A stretch of DNA of 63,991 bases, the filler included, from Ionaspis alba (lineage: Eukaryota): assembly GCA_964255285.1 (NCBI GenBank). It is 8 parts of 8 records of this genome, joined end to end, with 100 filler letters (N's around TTAATTAATTAA, not from the genome) between each part and the next. Parts side by side here need not be neighbours in the genome. Positions count along the whole stretch, not along the records: positions 48,508 to 56,461 come from CAXUUL010000786.1; positions 56,562 to 63,991 come from CAXUUL010000831.1; 6 more parts are not named here. One strand, given 5' to 3'. Each line of letters opens with the position of its first letter. Position 1 is the stretch's first letter. The notes under the pieces were generated by a model. That model ran no database searches. It was not told the DNA's origin and saw only the letters and a program-made list of their open reading frames with translations. A program made the translations under genes and the position numbers. This document shows, in pieces, positions 50,354 to 63,294 of this stretch.

Positions 50354-52735
50354 ATGATGCTCCAGAACAAGCGCAGAAGCGCGCAGAAGGCGGACGCCCT
50401 CTTCCGATCAGACCCATACTACAAGTATGAGCCTTTGCCAAAAGGTTATATACGACTCCTCAAAATTGAGGATATAACGGATGGCTGGGATCTCCAGAAC
50501 TTGGAACATGAATTCAGTGTATCATTGTTCCCGTATCCGGCTCACTCATGCCCCAACTACGACGCACTCTCTTACACCTGGGGAAATCCAATACCGCTCG
50601 AGGAACCAGAGCGGGAAATATTTACGACTGTTGGAAGGTGTTTTCCTATCTACTGCGCGGGACGAGTCCTTCTTGGTACTCGCAACTTAAAGCATGCGCT
50701 GGGCCACCTACGGCAAATGCAATCACTATCAGAAGAACAAATAGCTCAGATGCCTCTCGAGGTGGAGATGCAAGAACGGTACGGGAAAGTGCGGTTCTAT
50801 TGGATTGATGCTTTATGTATCAATCAAGACGACTTAAAGGAGCGCCAGGAACAGGTATTGCTGATGGGGGAAATATTTGCGCGTGCCCAAGTCACTTTTG
50901 TATGGCTTGGTGAAGCAGATAAAGACTCGACATTAGCTCTCCAAGTCATCGCAAAGCTTTTCAAGGAGGCTGTGGCTATGGACGTGGGAACAAACCTGCA
51001 GTCTATCCCCATGCCTCAGAAGTACATGACCTTGACTGATATGACCGCCAAAGAATCTCGGGCAGTCATAGCACTCCTTGGCCGAAACTGGTTCTATCGT
51101 GTCTGGACTCTCCAGGAAGCAATTCTTTCTCGAAATCTAACGGGCTTATGCGGTGGCGTAAGCTTTCCCTTTCACTTAATACTTACCGCAGGTCAGATCT
51201 TTGCCAGCAGCTACACCGCCATAAGACTCAAGAGCCTAGCCCTCGCCGACAATGAATCGTCTCTCCCGTTAACAGCCAAGGATTTGACTTTCCCAACCGG
51301 AAAGCTGCTTGCAATTGACAGATCTCGAATCGCGATTCAAGAAGGGCAAATGACTGATTTCCACATGTTCATGGCCTTGAATATGAGGGCTGAATGTACG
51401 GATTTACGTGACAGAATTTATGGCTTTCTCGCTATTGTGGACGAGTTCAATATCAGCGGTCAAAGTGCTATAGCACCAGACTATTCACGACCCATCGAAG
51501 AAGTTTACGCTATTGCAACTTCGGCGGTCATTCGCAAAAGGAATGATCTGGATATTTTGGCCTATTGCTGTGATCGAAACGCGAGAGTGGTCCATCACCT
51601 TCCTTCTTGGTGCCCGGACTACAGTGTGGGTGGTGTAGCGGTTACGTATATTAGACACTTTCTTGACAAAGGTCGACAGTGGCGCATGGGCAGACTTTGG
51701 AATGTTTCTCCAAAGATTGATGTCAGTTGGTCAATGTTAGGTGTCGAAGGTTTTTGCTACGACATCATTCGCGAAACAAATCCCTCTTTACTGAGCTATG
51801 ACGGTCCGCAGTTCCGCGTGTCAGGCTTTTTCGTCCTGACCCTTGACCTGAAAGCAACAGATTCGGAGTCGATTAGACCTGGGTAAGTTTGCTGATTATA
51901 CTATTTTATCTGTGTTGACAAGCTCTATAGTACGGATATCCTCTCACGTCTCCACGAGCTATGGAGACTGATCATGCTCGATCTATTTCAGGGAGTTATG
52001 CCGGCATCTTTTATAGCGAGCTTCTTCTTTCCGGCTTTGCTACTCCTTTTATTGAGTCAACTTAACGTGCTAACCCCAGACGAAGATCCACGGATTCCTT
52101 TTCTATCGCCAATGACTGTTGAACGGCCAAAAGCGATAGTAGAGGAGTTGCGCACAGTAAACAAGATCTTTTCTAGATTGAGGCATTACGATGACAAATG
52201 CGACGGCCTACTTCCAACTCAGGCACATGTGGACGAACTGATACAGCATTGGACGGACTGCATGGACGATATGGGCCTTCTGAAAGACGGTAAGCGTTAT
52301 AAAATCGTCATGGACAAGCTACTCATGGAAGAGCTACTACTTGTTGGACAGCGACCGTGCGCCGCAGACCACATGCCTGAGCTTCAAAAGTGCTTAGCTC
52401 AGCAGCATGTTGCCGACACGGGGGACCTGTCAGATATGTTAGTAGAGGTTTTTCATAAAGAATTTATGAAACATTCACAGACTAGTACATTCAGAGACCG
52501 CGCTCTCTTTGCTACTCAGTATAATAACTACCTTGGACTTGGTCACAAATCGCTGCTACCTGGGGACCAGATCTGGCTACTGAACGGAGCTCCTTCGCCA
52601 TTTATCCTCCGACCGAAGCCGAATGGCAACTTCGAGTTTCTAGGCGAGGCTTATGTTCAGGGTATCATGCTTGGCGAGGCGAAACGAAAAAATGGAATCG
52701 ACGGTGGCCAAGATAGAAGGATCTGGATTGAGTAA
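50354..52735 (+). CDS. HET-domain protein (HET-6-like)
   Basis: YEPL...IRLL, YDALSYTWG, YWIDALCINQDD..ER..QV.LMGEIF, NWFYRVWTLQE, DLRDRIYG, LPSWCPD; C-terminal GDQIWLL...PFILR...FLGEAYVQGIM. Intron 51883-51930 joins the two ORFs in frame. Confidence 0.92.
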
Positions 52736-52996
52736 AAACGCGGCTCAGACCACGCTCGAGATCCAGTTGGAAGAAGCCAGACTCCAAAGATTTCAAGCAA
52801 CTCGGCACCCGAACAGAAGAACGCCCACCCACATTGTTCCTGACAAGTACAGAGGAGATCGCGAAGAGCTACGGCCTTTCCTCATGCAACTTTGACTCAA
52901 GCTCCAGATCAACGCCGGCCACCTTCTTAGAGTGGACTCCCGCATCTCTTATTGCGCGAATCGTTTGAAAGACAAAGCCTAGTATCAAGTAATGCC
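52736..52996 (+). pseudogene. Degenerate Ty3/Gypsy-like gag fragment
   Basis: PDKYRGDREELRPFLMQL*LKLQINAGHLLRVDSRISYCANRLKDKA*YQVM matches the fungal retrotransposon gag pattern (P.KF.G....L..FL.Q...KL..N.......I.Y...RL.G.A). In-frame stops at 52893 and 52980. Confidence 0.7.
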
Positions 52997-53294
52997 TACG
53001 CTGCGTCACGGGTTGAGTTTTTACCCAGTGGATTCGGGTTGGGTTTAGATCTTGGATTGGATCGGGGCTGGGTTATAGATTATCAAAGTCCAACCCAAAA
53101 ACAAGTTCAAACCCAGTGAAATTATCGAAACTATAACAATTGTTATAATAGTCAATCCATTGTCTTAGAAATCTTATTAAAAAAAATCCACTAAAACCCG
53201 ACCAGGCAGTAGGACCCAACCCATAACTCGAACCCGATTGGGTTGGAATTGAAAGGGGTAAAACCCAACCCAGCCCGCACTATGGTGCAGCGTA
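52997..53294. mobile_element. 298-bp non-autonomous DNA transposon (hAT-type MITE)
   Basis: Exact 8-bp TSD GTAATGCC at 52989-52996 and 53295-53302; TIR TACGCTGC...GCAGCGTA; subterminal GGGTT/AACCC motifs; AT-rich core. Confidence 0.88.
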
Positions 53295-54421
53295 GTAATG
53301 CCCCGCATGGCACCATGTCGAGATTGACCTTTTCCAGGATCAGATCAGAGATGACAGTGGCCTAAGATAGGCAAAGGATCCTGCCTTCTAGATACCTTCG
53401 TACGATCTGACTTTCAGTGTGACGGGTGTCGTGTGAGCAAATTTTACGTTTGCTAAATTCTTCATTCTATGACCCTGGAATGTTTGACCTCGGCATTCGA
53501 AGAAAAGTTTACCTTAGAGTACCCTAAGAGAAATAAGCATAAGCTTATCGCCACCCACTAAGTGATAAATTTCTCTTCTTTGTGGACCCTTTCACGGTTA
53601 TACCGGCCGTCGCAATGCCATCTCATCATCGTAGCCGTCATGTACAGTCAGCCAATTCTCGGGATATTTACCAAAGCAGTAGAAAAGCCTTCCCGTTCCT
53701 GCGCCAAATCCGCCATTCACATACCCGGTGCATAGCTATCTGGTGAAGGATGTCATTAGTTCCTGATAGCGCAATTCCTCTGCAAAAGGACTCGGTTGTC
53801 GCCGGCATTATGGCATTTACTCGTAAGACCTGCTAAAAAAGCTTCTCGAAGACGACATAATCCCTGCTAGTGTGCCCGAACTTCCCACCACACCCACACC
53901 GAGAGCGCCACGCCCGCTAGACCGCGGAGCAATTGACGACGAACAGTTACATGGTGACGAACGTCCGGCGTTCCCTGCAGCGACATGCGTCAATCGAGTT
54001 GCCTCTCTCGTAACAAAGGTCCTTTTACATGATGGGTAGCCAATTAAATGAGCTTGGTGTAAATGCATCTTGCAGAAGGGAGGAGCAGGATTGTGCTCCG
54101 GAGCTTGGCACAGGCTCTCTCCACTTCTTGCAGGGTAGTGGTTGGTGTGTGTCCAAAGGATCTGCTGGTTATCGTGTAAGGGAAGGAGAGATGGCAGTTG
54201 CGTGCAGGAGGAGGAAATGCGATTCACTGGCACTAGCGAGATGGGAGGTGAATGCGAGCTCGTGATTTGTGAGCATTGGGAGTCTTACCTCCGATCTTCT
54301 TCTTACCTTATCGTACCGTTGCTGCACAGCGTATTAAAGCTCTACTTCTCCTTCAACCTCCGTACTTCGAATCTCTCGTCATCTGGTTATTGCGCATCTC
54401 ATCTGTTCTTCACTTATCACC

Positions 54422-56461
54422 ATGGCGGAGAAAACGAGCACCCTTGGACAGTGAGTGATCTCAACCACCCTAGAATATCTTTGCATTCAGAGCAAGCGCT
54501 TAATCAACCTCACCAGGATGCACGCTACAGAGGTAGCACCCCGTAAAGGCAGCGTGCAGGACATGGCAGGAGGCACCGAGACGAAAGATATCCAAACCAT
54601 GCCACTCGCAATGGATGAGAAACTACACGCCGATCGCAGCAGTCTTTCTCTCGACGAAGGCGAGGAGCCCACCGAGGAAGAGCGCACGACTCTGAGGCAC
54701 GTTGCCGACAAGTTACCCTGGTCCGCCTTTCTGGTTGGTATCATTGAGCTGTGTGAGCGCTTCACGTATTATGGCTTGTCGGGACCTTTCCAGAATTACA
54801 TCCAGCGCGAGTATCATAGTGCTTCGGGGCTTCCAGGTGCTTTAGGTGAGTTGAAAGCTGTCAAGGCATCTCTAGTGACTTACCGTCTAATTGATTCTAC
54901 TAGGCAAGGGCATTCAGGCTGCCACGGGTCTTACACTATTCTTCCAGTTCTGGTACGAGTTCTGTGCATGAGATCAGTCGACTACTTCTGCAACCGGTTC
55001 ACTAATGTTTATAAAAGGTGCTATGTCACACCGATTATTGGCGCCATCGTAGCAGATCAATATCTGGGCAGATACAACACCATCCTCTATTTCTCCTTTG
55101 TCTACCTGAGCGGAATATTGATTCTCTTCTGCACATCACTCCCCGTATCAATCGAGAATGGCTCGGCCTATGGAGGGTTCATTGCCGCGATCATCATCAT
55201 TGGACTCGGGACGGGAGGGATCAAGTCCAACGTCAGTCCGTTGATTGCAGAGCAATATCGAGGAACGAAAGAGACCATTCGGACTTTGAAGACTGGAGAA
55301 AGAGTTATCATTGACCCAGCGGTCACGATCCAGAGAATCTACATGAGTACGATTGGGCATATACGAATGATATGCAATTGCTGATGCATTCATCCCAGTC
55401 TTCTACATGTGCATCAACATCGGCTCTCTTTCTTCCATCGCAACCACAGAAATGGAGCTCCACATCGACTTCTGGTCCGCTTACCTCCTCTGCCTATGCA
55501 TGTTCGTAGTCGGCATCTCTATCCTGATCGTAAATCTCCCCCCACCCTCTTTACCCGCGCAAAGCTCACCACCTACCCTCCAGTTCGGCAAAAAATACTA
55601 CATCGTCCGCCCACCTCGAGGCTCCGTAATCGTACACGCCTTCCGCGCAATGTGGATCGGGATAACGCACCGCTTCAACATGGAAGCCGCAAAACCCTCC
55701 TTCAGAGACGAACACGGCGGCAGCTACAGCACACCGTGGAACGACCTCTTCATCGACGAGCTCAAACGCGGCCTCGTCGCCTGCCGCATCTTCGTCTTCT
55801 TCCCCATCTACTGGGTCGTGTACAACCAGATGCTGAACAACTTCATCTCGCAAGCGGGCGTCATGGAACTGCACGGGATACCGAACGACATCATGCAGAA
55901 CATCGATCCCCTGACCATCATCATCTTCATCCCGATTTGCGACAGGCTCATCTATCCCGCTCTGCGCCGCGTGGGCATCAAATTCAAGCCCATCACTCGC
56001 ATCACTTGGGGATTCATTTTCGCTGCCCTGGCAATGGCCTATGCGGCTATCGTCCAGCATCTGATATACGCCGCGGGACCTTGCTACGATGCGCCGATGG
56101 CGTGCGATGCCTCGCAGGGTGGAGTCCGTAAGTCTCGTTCCCCCCAATCGCCCATCCTTTGTTCCTTTCCTCAGCCCTTCAAGCCCACATTCCAAGAAAC
56201 CGAAGCTGACTTTTCCTCTTTCCCCTCACTTAGTCCCCAACCAAGTCCACGTCGCTGTCCAAACCCCCGCCTACCTGCTCATCGGCCTCTCCGAAATCTT
56301 CGCCTCGATTACTGGCCTCGAATACGCCTTCACCAAGGCGCCCCCAAGCATGAAATCCTTCGTCATGGCCATGTTCCTGTTGCAAAGCGCGTTTGGCTCT
56401 GCTCTAGGAGAGGCGTTGGTGCCCACGGCTCTGGATCCGAAGTTTGTCTGGATGTATACGG
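54422..56461 (+). CDS. PTR2: POT/PTR family di/tripeptide transporter, 3' end truncated
   Basis: ELCERFTYYG, GAIVADQYLGRY, GTGGIKSNVSPLIAEQ, FYMCINIGS, SEIFASITGLEYAFTKAP. Multiple introns; probable ATG at 54422. Confidence 0.92.
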
Positions 56462-56561
56462 NNNNNNNNNNNNNNNNNNNNNNNNNNNNNNNNNNNNNNN
56501 NNNNNTTAATTAATTAANNNNNNNNNNNNNNNNNNNNNNNNNNNNNNNNNNNNNNNNNNNN
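56462..56561. other. Artificial scaffold-joining linker
   Basis: N44-TTAATTAATTAA-N44. Confidence 0.98.
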
Positions 56562-58567
56562 GCCCCGCCGTCCCAGTCGCACTCGCTCCACCACCCACCG
56601 TCGAACTCGGCCTCGAATTCCCCACGCCCGGAAACAAATCCGTCTGATTCTTATCAATCAAAATATAATCATGCACCAAACCCTTCCCACTCAACACACT
56701 ATCCATCTGCAATTTATCACACGTCGAGCTCAACGCAAGAATATAACACTGGCCACTCCCCATACCCGGATCCTTATTCCTCTTCGCCAAACTATCCCCG
56801 GGGCCTTCCGTCCTATAATCCTTATTCCCATCCGTAGCGACCTTCCCCGTCGCGATATCCGTCCCGAAAATCGCCCGCTGGAAAATCCGATACGCCGTTT
56901 CGGGCTGGTAAGAAGGGACTTCATGACCAGCGTCGAAGACACGCGCAAAGGAGAGATTCCCCGCCTGGCGGACTACACCCCCGACGTAGGAGTCGTTGGT
57001 TTGGATATCCGCATAGCCCGCTTTTGCGAAACTCTGTTGCCGGCTGTACGGGATGTTAAGGGAGACGTTCTCGCCACCATACCAGTTACAGATCCAGTCC
57101 GCGTCGCCGTACATGAGGTTGACCTTGACGCCCTGTTCGAGGAGGGAGGCAAGGTCCTTGAGATAGGTGCCGTGGAGGCCGCCGCGGACGAAATCGCCGG
57201 TTCGGCCGAAGGCGCGGAAGACGGCGTTGTTTGACTGGGTATAGTTTGTTGCTACACCCAGCGCGGCTTGGATATGGGGCTGGTTCAGATAGCCGAGATA
57301 ATAGTTCGGCGGGAAGGGAGAAGTGGCCGAGGCTCTGATGTCGTAGACTGAGCGGCCGGAATCCTGATAAGCGGAGCCAACGCCGCAATTAAAGTAGGAG
57401 TCGCTGCAGAGACTGTTGACGGTTGTGTTGTCACCGGTGAGGTTTGGGTCGCCGAGAGCGGCGGCGTCGCGACAGGCGTTTGTGGCTGCGAGGCAGCCGC
57501 TGTTGGGATCGAGCCAGTTGGAGATTGAGTCGGTGTAGGTGGTTTTGTTGATGGCTTGGATGTCGTAGGTGTTGTTGAAGGCCATTTGGGAGTCGCCGAG
57601 GGCTTGGGAGGCGTAGTCGATGCAGCCGTTTACNNNNNNNNNNNNNNNNNNNNNNNNNNNNNNNNNNNNNNNNNNNNNNNNNNNNNNNNNNNNNNNNNNN
57701 NNNNNNNNNNNNNNNNNNNNNNNNNNNNNNNNNGCTATGAATGCCTCTCAGTAGCGACCACATACTCGGGAAACTCCTGGAACCATGTCTGCGCAAAGTG
57801 CCACATAGCCCTAGGAACACAAAGTCAGATCTAATGCCGATGAGACCTCCCAGCACAGTTCCACTCACTGGGCAGCATTGGCACTATTGTTCGCCGTATT
57901 CCTCGGATTCTGCGACGGTAACGTTCCCACCAGCGTCTGCGACAGGTCCTGCTGCGGGATAGGGTCACCATCTTTCAACAAGGTGACATCCCCAGTTAGC
58001 AAATCGAGAGTTCCGTTCATCGGAGTATCGTAGGAAAACCCTGTCTGATCCGGCTGGTCAATATACAGCATGTTGACCTCATTATTCCAACTCCAGGGGT
58101 TCAAGTGGCTGGAATTGCTATCGTTGTCTATTATACATGGGCCATTCTCTGATAGGAGGCCGATCATGCTGCTGGACCCAGGCCCACCGTTCAGCCATAT
58201 TGCCAGGGGCGCGTTGGCGGGGTCTTTGCGAGATTCGAAGAACCAGAAGAAGGTGTTTATGGAATAGTTTTGGAATTCGTTCTCGAGAGTGTTTGGAGGC
58301 AGGTGGACAAAGCCGGAGTAGGACTTTACACCAGGCGTAGTCTCGCAGATTCCTGGCTGTGAGACACAGACCTATTAGCTAGAAAGCACAGGAGAAGTGC
58401 TGGGGAGTAGTAATACATACCTCCTTATAGCTAATAGTAATACCATTGTTAAACTTCGACTTAAGCGTCGTGACACCCTCAGGAACAGGAGGGAAATACT
58501 GCGCCTGTACACCGAACAATAGAGCAGCAGCCGCAATGAACAACGACGAATCGCAAATCGCAAACAT
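56562..58567 (-). CDS. Secreted serine carboxypeptidase (peptidase S10); internal N gap 57634-57733; 3' end truncated
   Basis: Signal peptide then [49 protein letters not shown]; Ser/Thr/Gly-rich tail. Confidence 0.92.
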
Positions 58568-59333
58568 GATGCTATCCAAAGATTCCAATACAAAAAAGCT
58601 ATACAAGAAGCTCAAAGATGTATCAGGCTTCCAAAAGGCCTTCAGCAAGTATATACAACTCCTCCCAGCCGAAGATCATCACCAGAAGTGGGGACCAACA
58701 CCACAAGCAAAATGATAGGTTCCATCAGAAGTCGACCGCAGCCTGCACCTGTCAGGCTGTGTACAGACAGGCATGACGCGTAGGATTGGGTGGGTAGCTT
58801 GTAGCCTGAGGCTCAATTTCATCGAGGCCTGCAGTATTTCCATTTCGTCCAATCAGAATTGTGAAACGTGGGGGTGATTCGCGGCAGGATCGGAGTAACT
58901 GCCCCCGCGGAATCCTTCTGGGCTATATGGACTTGGCGTGCTTGGGTGCATTGGGGCTTCTGAAGCGAAGCGAGGCTTGGCTGAGGCTTGTTTTTTGGGC
59001 GTGGGATATTCCTGAACAAAGCGACGAGGATTGGCCGTGGTTTTGGCCGCCGTACTGTTGTACTAGAATAGCAGGGCAGTGTGGTTTGTTCCTTCTCCAC
59101 AAGGCTTTCTACAATCGAAGACTTGTTGAGCGAATGAAAATTTCTCCATCGCTCTAAGTATTACATGTCATGAGCTACCGCTATGCTACAAGACAAAAGC
59201 CACTGTGATTTCCCTGCTATGCCATCAGATGCCAAGCAAGATGTCAAAATGCAATACCTTCCCACACCAGGCCAACTGCTTCTACAGCCTGCGAGTCCAC
59301 CGCGCCAGTTAACGCCTCACTGCGGAATGGGAT

Positions 59334-61985
59334 TCAGGTAATCTGAACCCGGAAAAGATACCGAAGCCGAATCTGCGAAACATCATAAGCAATGTACTCA
59401 TTGTACATCAAGCTTGCATGATCGATCCCGCTATTCCCAGGCGGCTTCTTAGTATCCGGCTGTAAAGACTAATCAGCATACACAAGCACTCTCCTCCAGA
59501 GGACAAACATACCATCATAACCCCCTTCAAACTCTCATGCACACACTCCGCATCTTTCCACCCAGCCGGCGCCGTCATGCCCTGACCCCACGTCGAATAA
59601 CAGCCCTTCTTCTTGGCCTCCGCACCAGCATTGTAGTCAGAGTACACCAGCTCATGCATCGGCTTTCCGAGTTCCGTCTCGCAGAGCAAAAGCAAACCGA
59701 TACCGCCTGATAGGTAGGAAGCGCAGTATCCGGCGCTTTTGGACGAGATATCTGCTAGGTATACGCCTTTGCCGAACATGTATCCTGACGCTGGAGCCTC
59801 GGGCGGAGCAATCCTCAGTCCCTGGCTGAGGATACCGCCGAAGTTGGTGGAACGCGAGCCATGCCAGAGCAGGCGGCGGTCGCCCTTGAGTTTTGCGTAG
59901 GGGCTTTTGTTGAAGCGATCGAATTCGCCGTTGCGTTCGATGCGGAAGATTTCTTCGACCTGCTGACAATGTTAGTTGCAACACGGCAGGAATTGAAGAG
60001 TCGTGCTCGCCTTGAACTTCATGTAGTGTGTCTGGCCATGGGTCTTCAGCATGTACGACTCTAGCTCTTGGAACTCCGTCGAGGCTCGTTCCACTGCGGG
60101 TTTGTCAGATCAGGTCACAATATCTTGCTCACTCGGTCACCACTCACATGCTGTCATTTCCGCCATACCGAGACCAGCATACTGTCTATCCAAGGGATGA
60201 ACAACATCTCCCCCATCTTCCTTGGCGTCCTTAATAAGTTCTTCCGCAATCCGCATATCAGACAACGATTCCAGCAGTTCGATCTCCTTCTTCAGCATAT
60301 CGTCGTTGCTGATGATCGGTGGTCTGTTTCTTCCAAAAGCATGTGGTATCAAGCTGTAGTAGGAATTCGAGATTTCTGAAACAGCATCCCCATACACCAT
60401 GTTATGCTCATCTTGGGCCAGAGCTGGGTTCTGGAACAGCTCTGCCAGCTGCTTCAGTGCTTCGTATCCTTGCTTCAGTGTCCGCTTGCTGAGCTTTCCC
60501 AAGGGCAGCTTGTTCGAGTCATAGGACATAGAAGCCATGGAAGCGGCAAAGAAATCTTGGTTGAATATAAGCTTCAACAGTGTCTGAACTGGCTTTGCCA
60601 GGGTGGATTCCACAGGTCTTTTCTGGGTCTGACTCCCTGTAGAAGCCTTGGAGCCTCTTCTGGCCCCAGCTCCAGGAAGCTCGTCGTCATCGTCGTCGCT
60701 AGAATCGGACTCGTAATTACGCTCAATGAACGTATACTTCCCTTTCTTGGGTGGGTCCAATCTATTCTCCCATTTCAGTCCAGACTTGTCTTTGAACTTC
60801 TTCTCGAACTGTGATTTGGCATCTCCTAGCCCGCCAGTACCCAAGGTTGCCGACTGTCCTCGTTCGCCTACACGTCCCCAGCGTGTCCAGGTCCGATAGT
60901 CATTGGAAGTTGACTGAAGTAGCTGGACTCTATAGAATTTGTTGTTGTTGGCTCCAGCGTTGGTTTGGTTGAGCGAAGCATCAAATATCGTGCCGTCTGG
61001 GTCGATATACACGCGATGGCTGCCTGAGGATTATCAGAGACAGTCACAGTAGGTTCGTTACTTCTAGACTTCTAGACTTACCTTGCAGAGCGCATCCTTC
61101 GTCTACGGGAATATTCAGCGCCTTGGACTTTGCTTTCTGCCCATCCTTCTGCTTCTTCGCCGGGGGTGGCGCCTCCTCATCAGCTTCTGGAGACTCTTCT
61201 TTGACCTTGGAGTTGCGGCCACGCTTCTTTCCCTTGTCTTGGGTCTTGGTGGCGTTGGCTTTGCCGTTGGCCTTGCCATCGTGTTCATCCTCGGCTCCAT
61301 CCTCAGCCTCATCCTCGTCCTTAATATCAGGCACGGATGTGTCGACTTCATTCATAAGATACTGGGCCTCATCCTCTTTCTTGCTGGCATTGTTCGAGTC
61401 TATCAGCCAGTCCAGACTGAGGATGGGGACAATGAGCGCTTCTGCTTGTTTCACTGATATTCCAGGCTAGCTGTCAGCAGCGTAGCCTAAAATTTGACAG
61501 CAGAAATGCGGACGACTAGTGAAGTCTTGACCAGCTAGCCCTAATGGCTGGAGAGTGTTGGAAGTACGAAATGCAACCTAATGTACAAAATGGGTAGACA
61601 TCGATTCGTGAACATTTCCACTCATCACAGCAGTACCAGTAGGACACGTGACATTAACAGGCAACGATTAAGAAGCAAAAACTCCCAAATTGCAAACAAA
61701 ACTCTTTAAGATATCACAAGAATCCCTACCTTTCGCACTCTTACTCTCCCAATCACTCGCCGTAGCCACAAGATGAGTAGTATTCTGGCTCATCTGCCCC
61801 ACACATTTCCCGCCACCAGCCTTGATCATATCACTCAGCTGCCCTGAACCAATCACAACCATCAGCCAAATGCTCCCTCAATTTCTTGACACATGGCCCT
61901 ATAGGGCTGAGCATAACATACCATGTTTGTAGCCACGAAACGTCCCGCTGAGGGCAATCACGCAGTCCTTGAAAGCTGAAGACAT
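59334..61985 (-). CDS. Poly(ADP-ribose) polymerase (BRCT-WGR-regulatory-catalytic; PrpA-like)
   Basis: BRCT (THLVAT, LDWL); WGR (NNNKFYRVQLL, TRWGRVG); LPLGKLSK; YYSLIPH; catalytic triad residues in LLWHGSR, GKGVYLAD and NEYIAY. ATG 61985, stop 59334. Confidence 0.93.
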
Positions 61986-62395
61986 GATGAACCTCCTGCT
62001 GTCAAGTCACACGCGAACTTAGAGTCATGAATGAACTGTTGAGAGGAAGATGGTGAAGAGAAGTCGAGGTTTACGCTTAGTTTTAGGGGAGACACCTGAG
62101 CGAGATTGCAGGGATCCCGTCGACTAGGCAGCAGAACCCTAGTCACGTTTCTGCCTCCTTGGCTCGAAAAAAATGGGGTTTAGCAAGCCAGTGAGGAAGA
62201 TGTCATGATTATGCGTTGCATCGATGCATTTGTCAGGTTGTAACAATGATATATACAACAGCTCATAACGAGCGAATAAGTGAATGCGCCTTTTTNNNNN
62301 NNNNNNNNNNNNNNNNNNNNNNNNNNNNNNNNNNNNNNNNNNNNNNNNNNNNNNNNNNNNNNNNNNNNNNNNNNNNNNNNNNNNNNNNNNNNNNN

Positions 62396-63294
62396 TCCTT
62401 CCTGTCCGACTCATCGTCTGGTGCCGAAGTCTCCGACCATGGATTAGGGGAATCCATCGAATTGGTGTCGAAGCCGCTCTTGGTCGGTGAGGTCTGCCGA
62501 CTGCTATAAAGAGAGGAATGCTGATATTCATGTGAATCATCCGCCTCCTGCTCCTGTTCTGGCTGTTCCTCGAGCGAAGCGTGCGTCGCAGCGTCAGCGC
62601 TAGCAGGTTTCTGAGCACGGGTACGATACGGACTTCTCGGAGGTAGAGCTGGTGGGGTGCGCTTGGGAATTGTGACGAGTCGTGCACGAGTTACAATGGG
62701 AGTTGCGCCTGCTTGCGCGACAACTTGGACTGCAGCGATAGGCTCAACAATGACCTCGGGTTCATACTCGAAGTGGTGTTCCTCGAGCTCGTCGTGCTCC
62801 TCCAGGTCCTCCAATTCCCTTGCATTCTCTCGTCCACCATCATCCTCATCGATAGTCGATGAGAGGTTTTCGGTAGCTTTCATTGCTGGACTGTTCGACG
62901 GACTCTCGGACATCGGAGGCGGGCTTGGGAGATTGGCTGTTTGTGTTCCTTGATCCACGCTAATGACACTGCGCTTGCTGTCGCGGCGACTATCTCTCTT
63001 CGATATCTCGTCGATGCTCTGTGCTCGACGATGGAAAAAGATCGGACTGTTTGGGCTTGGATTGTAGGAGAAGGCACTGCTGGGAGGCCGGCTTTTCGTC
63101 CCAGCCTCTTTGATTTCGATGCCTGCATCTTCAAGTGCTGCTACACCAAAAGGATCTGGGTCATCGACGGCCGGCAAGCCGAAGTTGTCACTCTCGGATT
63201 TGGACTTTGGTCGTAGTAGTGGAGGTGGTGGTGCGGCAGTCTTGTGAGATTTCGACTTCTGCCATGTTGGGAGAGGTACAGACGGGAACTGCAT
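62396..63294 (-). CDS. Low-complexity protein resembling the C-terminal half of fungal SYLF/Ysc84-domain proteins; 3' end runs into gap 62296-62395
   Basis: FGLPAVDDPDPFGVAALEDAGIEIKEAG...PNSPIF and ARLVTIPKRTPPALPPR recall the region that follows the SYLF domain; first ATG at 63294. Confidence 0.55.

Noticed and set aside
47134..52735. Apparent neighbourhood of the GH134-like and HET genes as a defence island
   Set aside because: They are separated by an artificial linker at 48408-48507, so they are not known to be linked.
61470..61632. Possible intronic box C/D snoRNA in the long PARP intron (GTGATGA ... CTGA on the minus strand)
   Set aside because: The putative D box is the intron branch point (GCTGAC), the stem register is non-canonical, and no rRNA guide was recognised. 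An Infernal or snoscan search would settle it.
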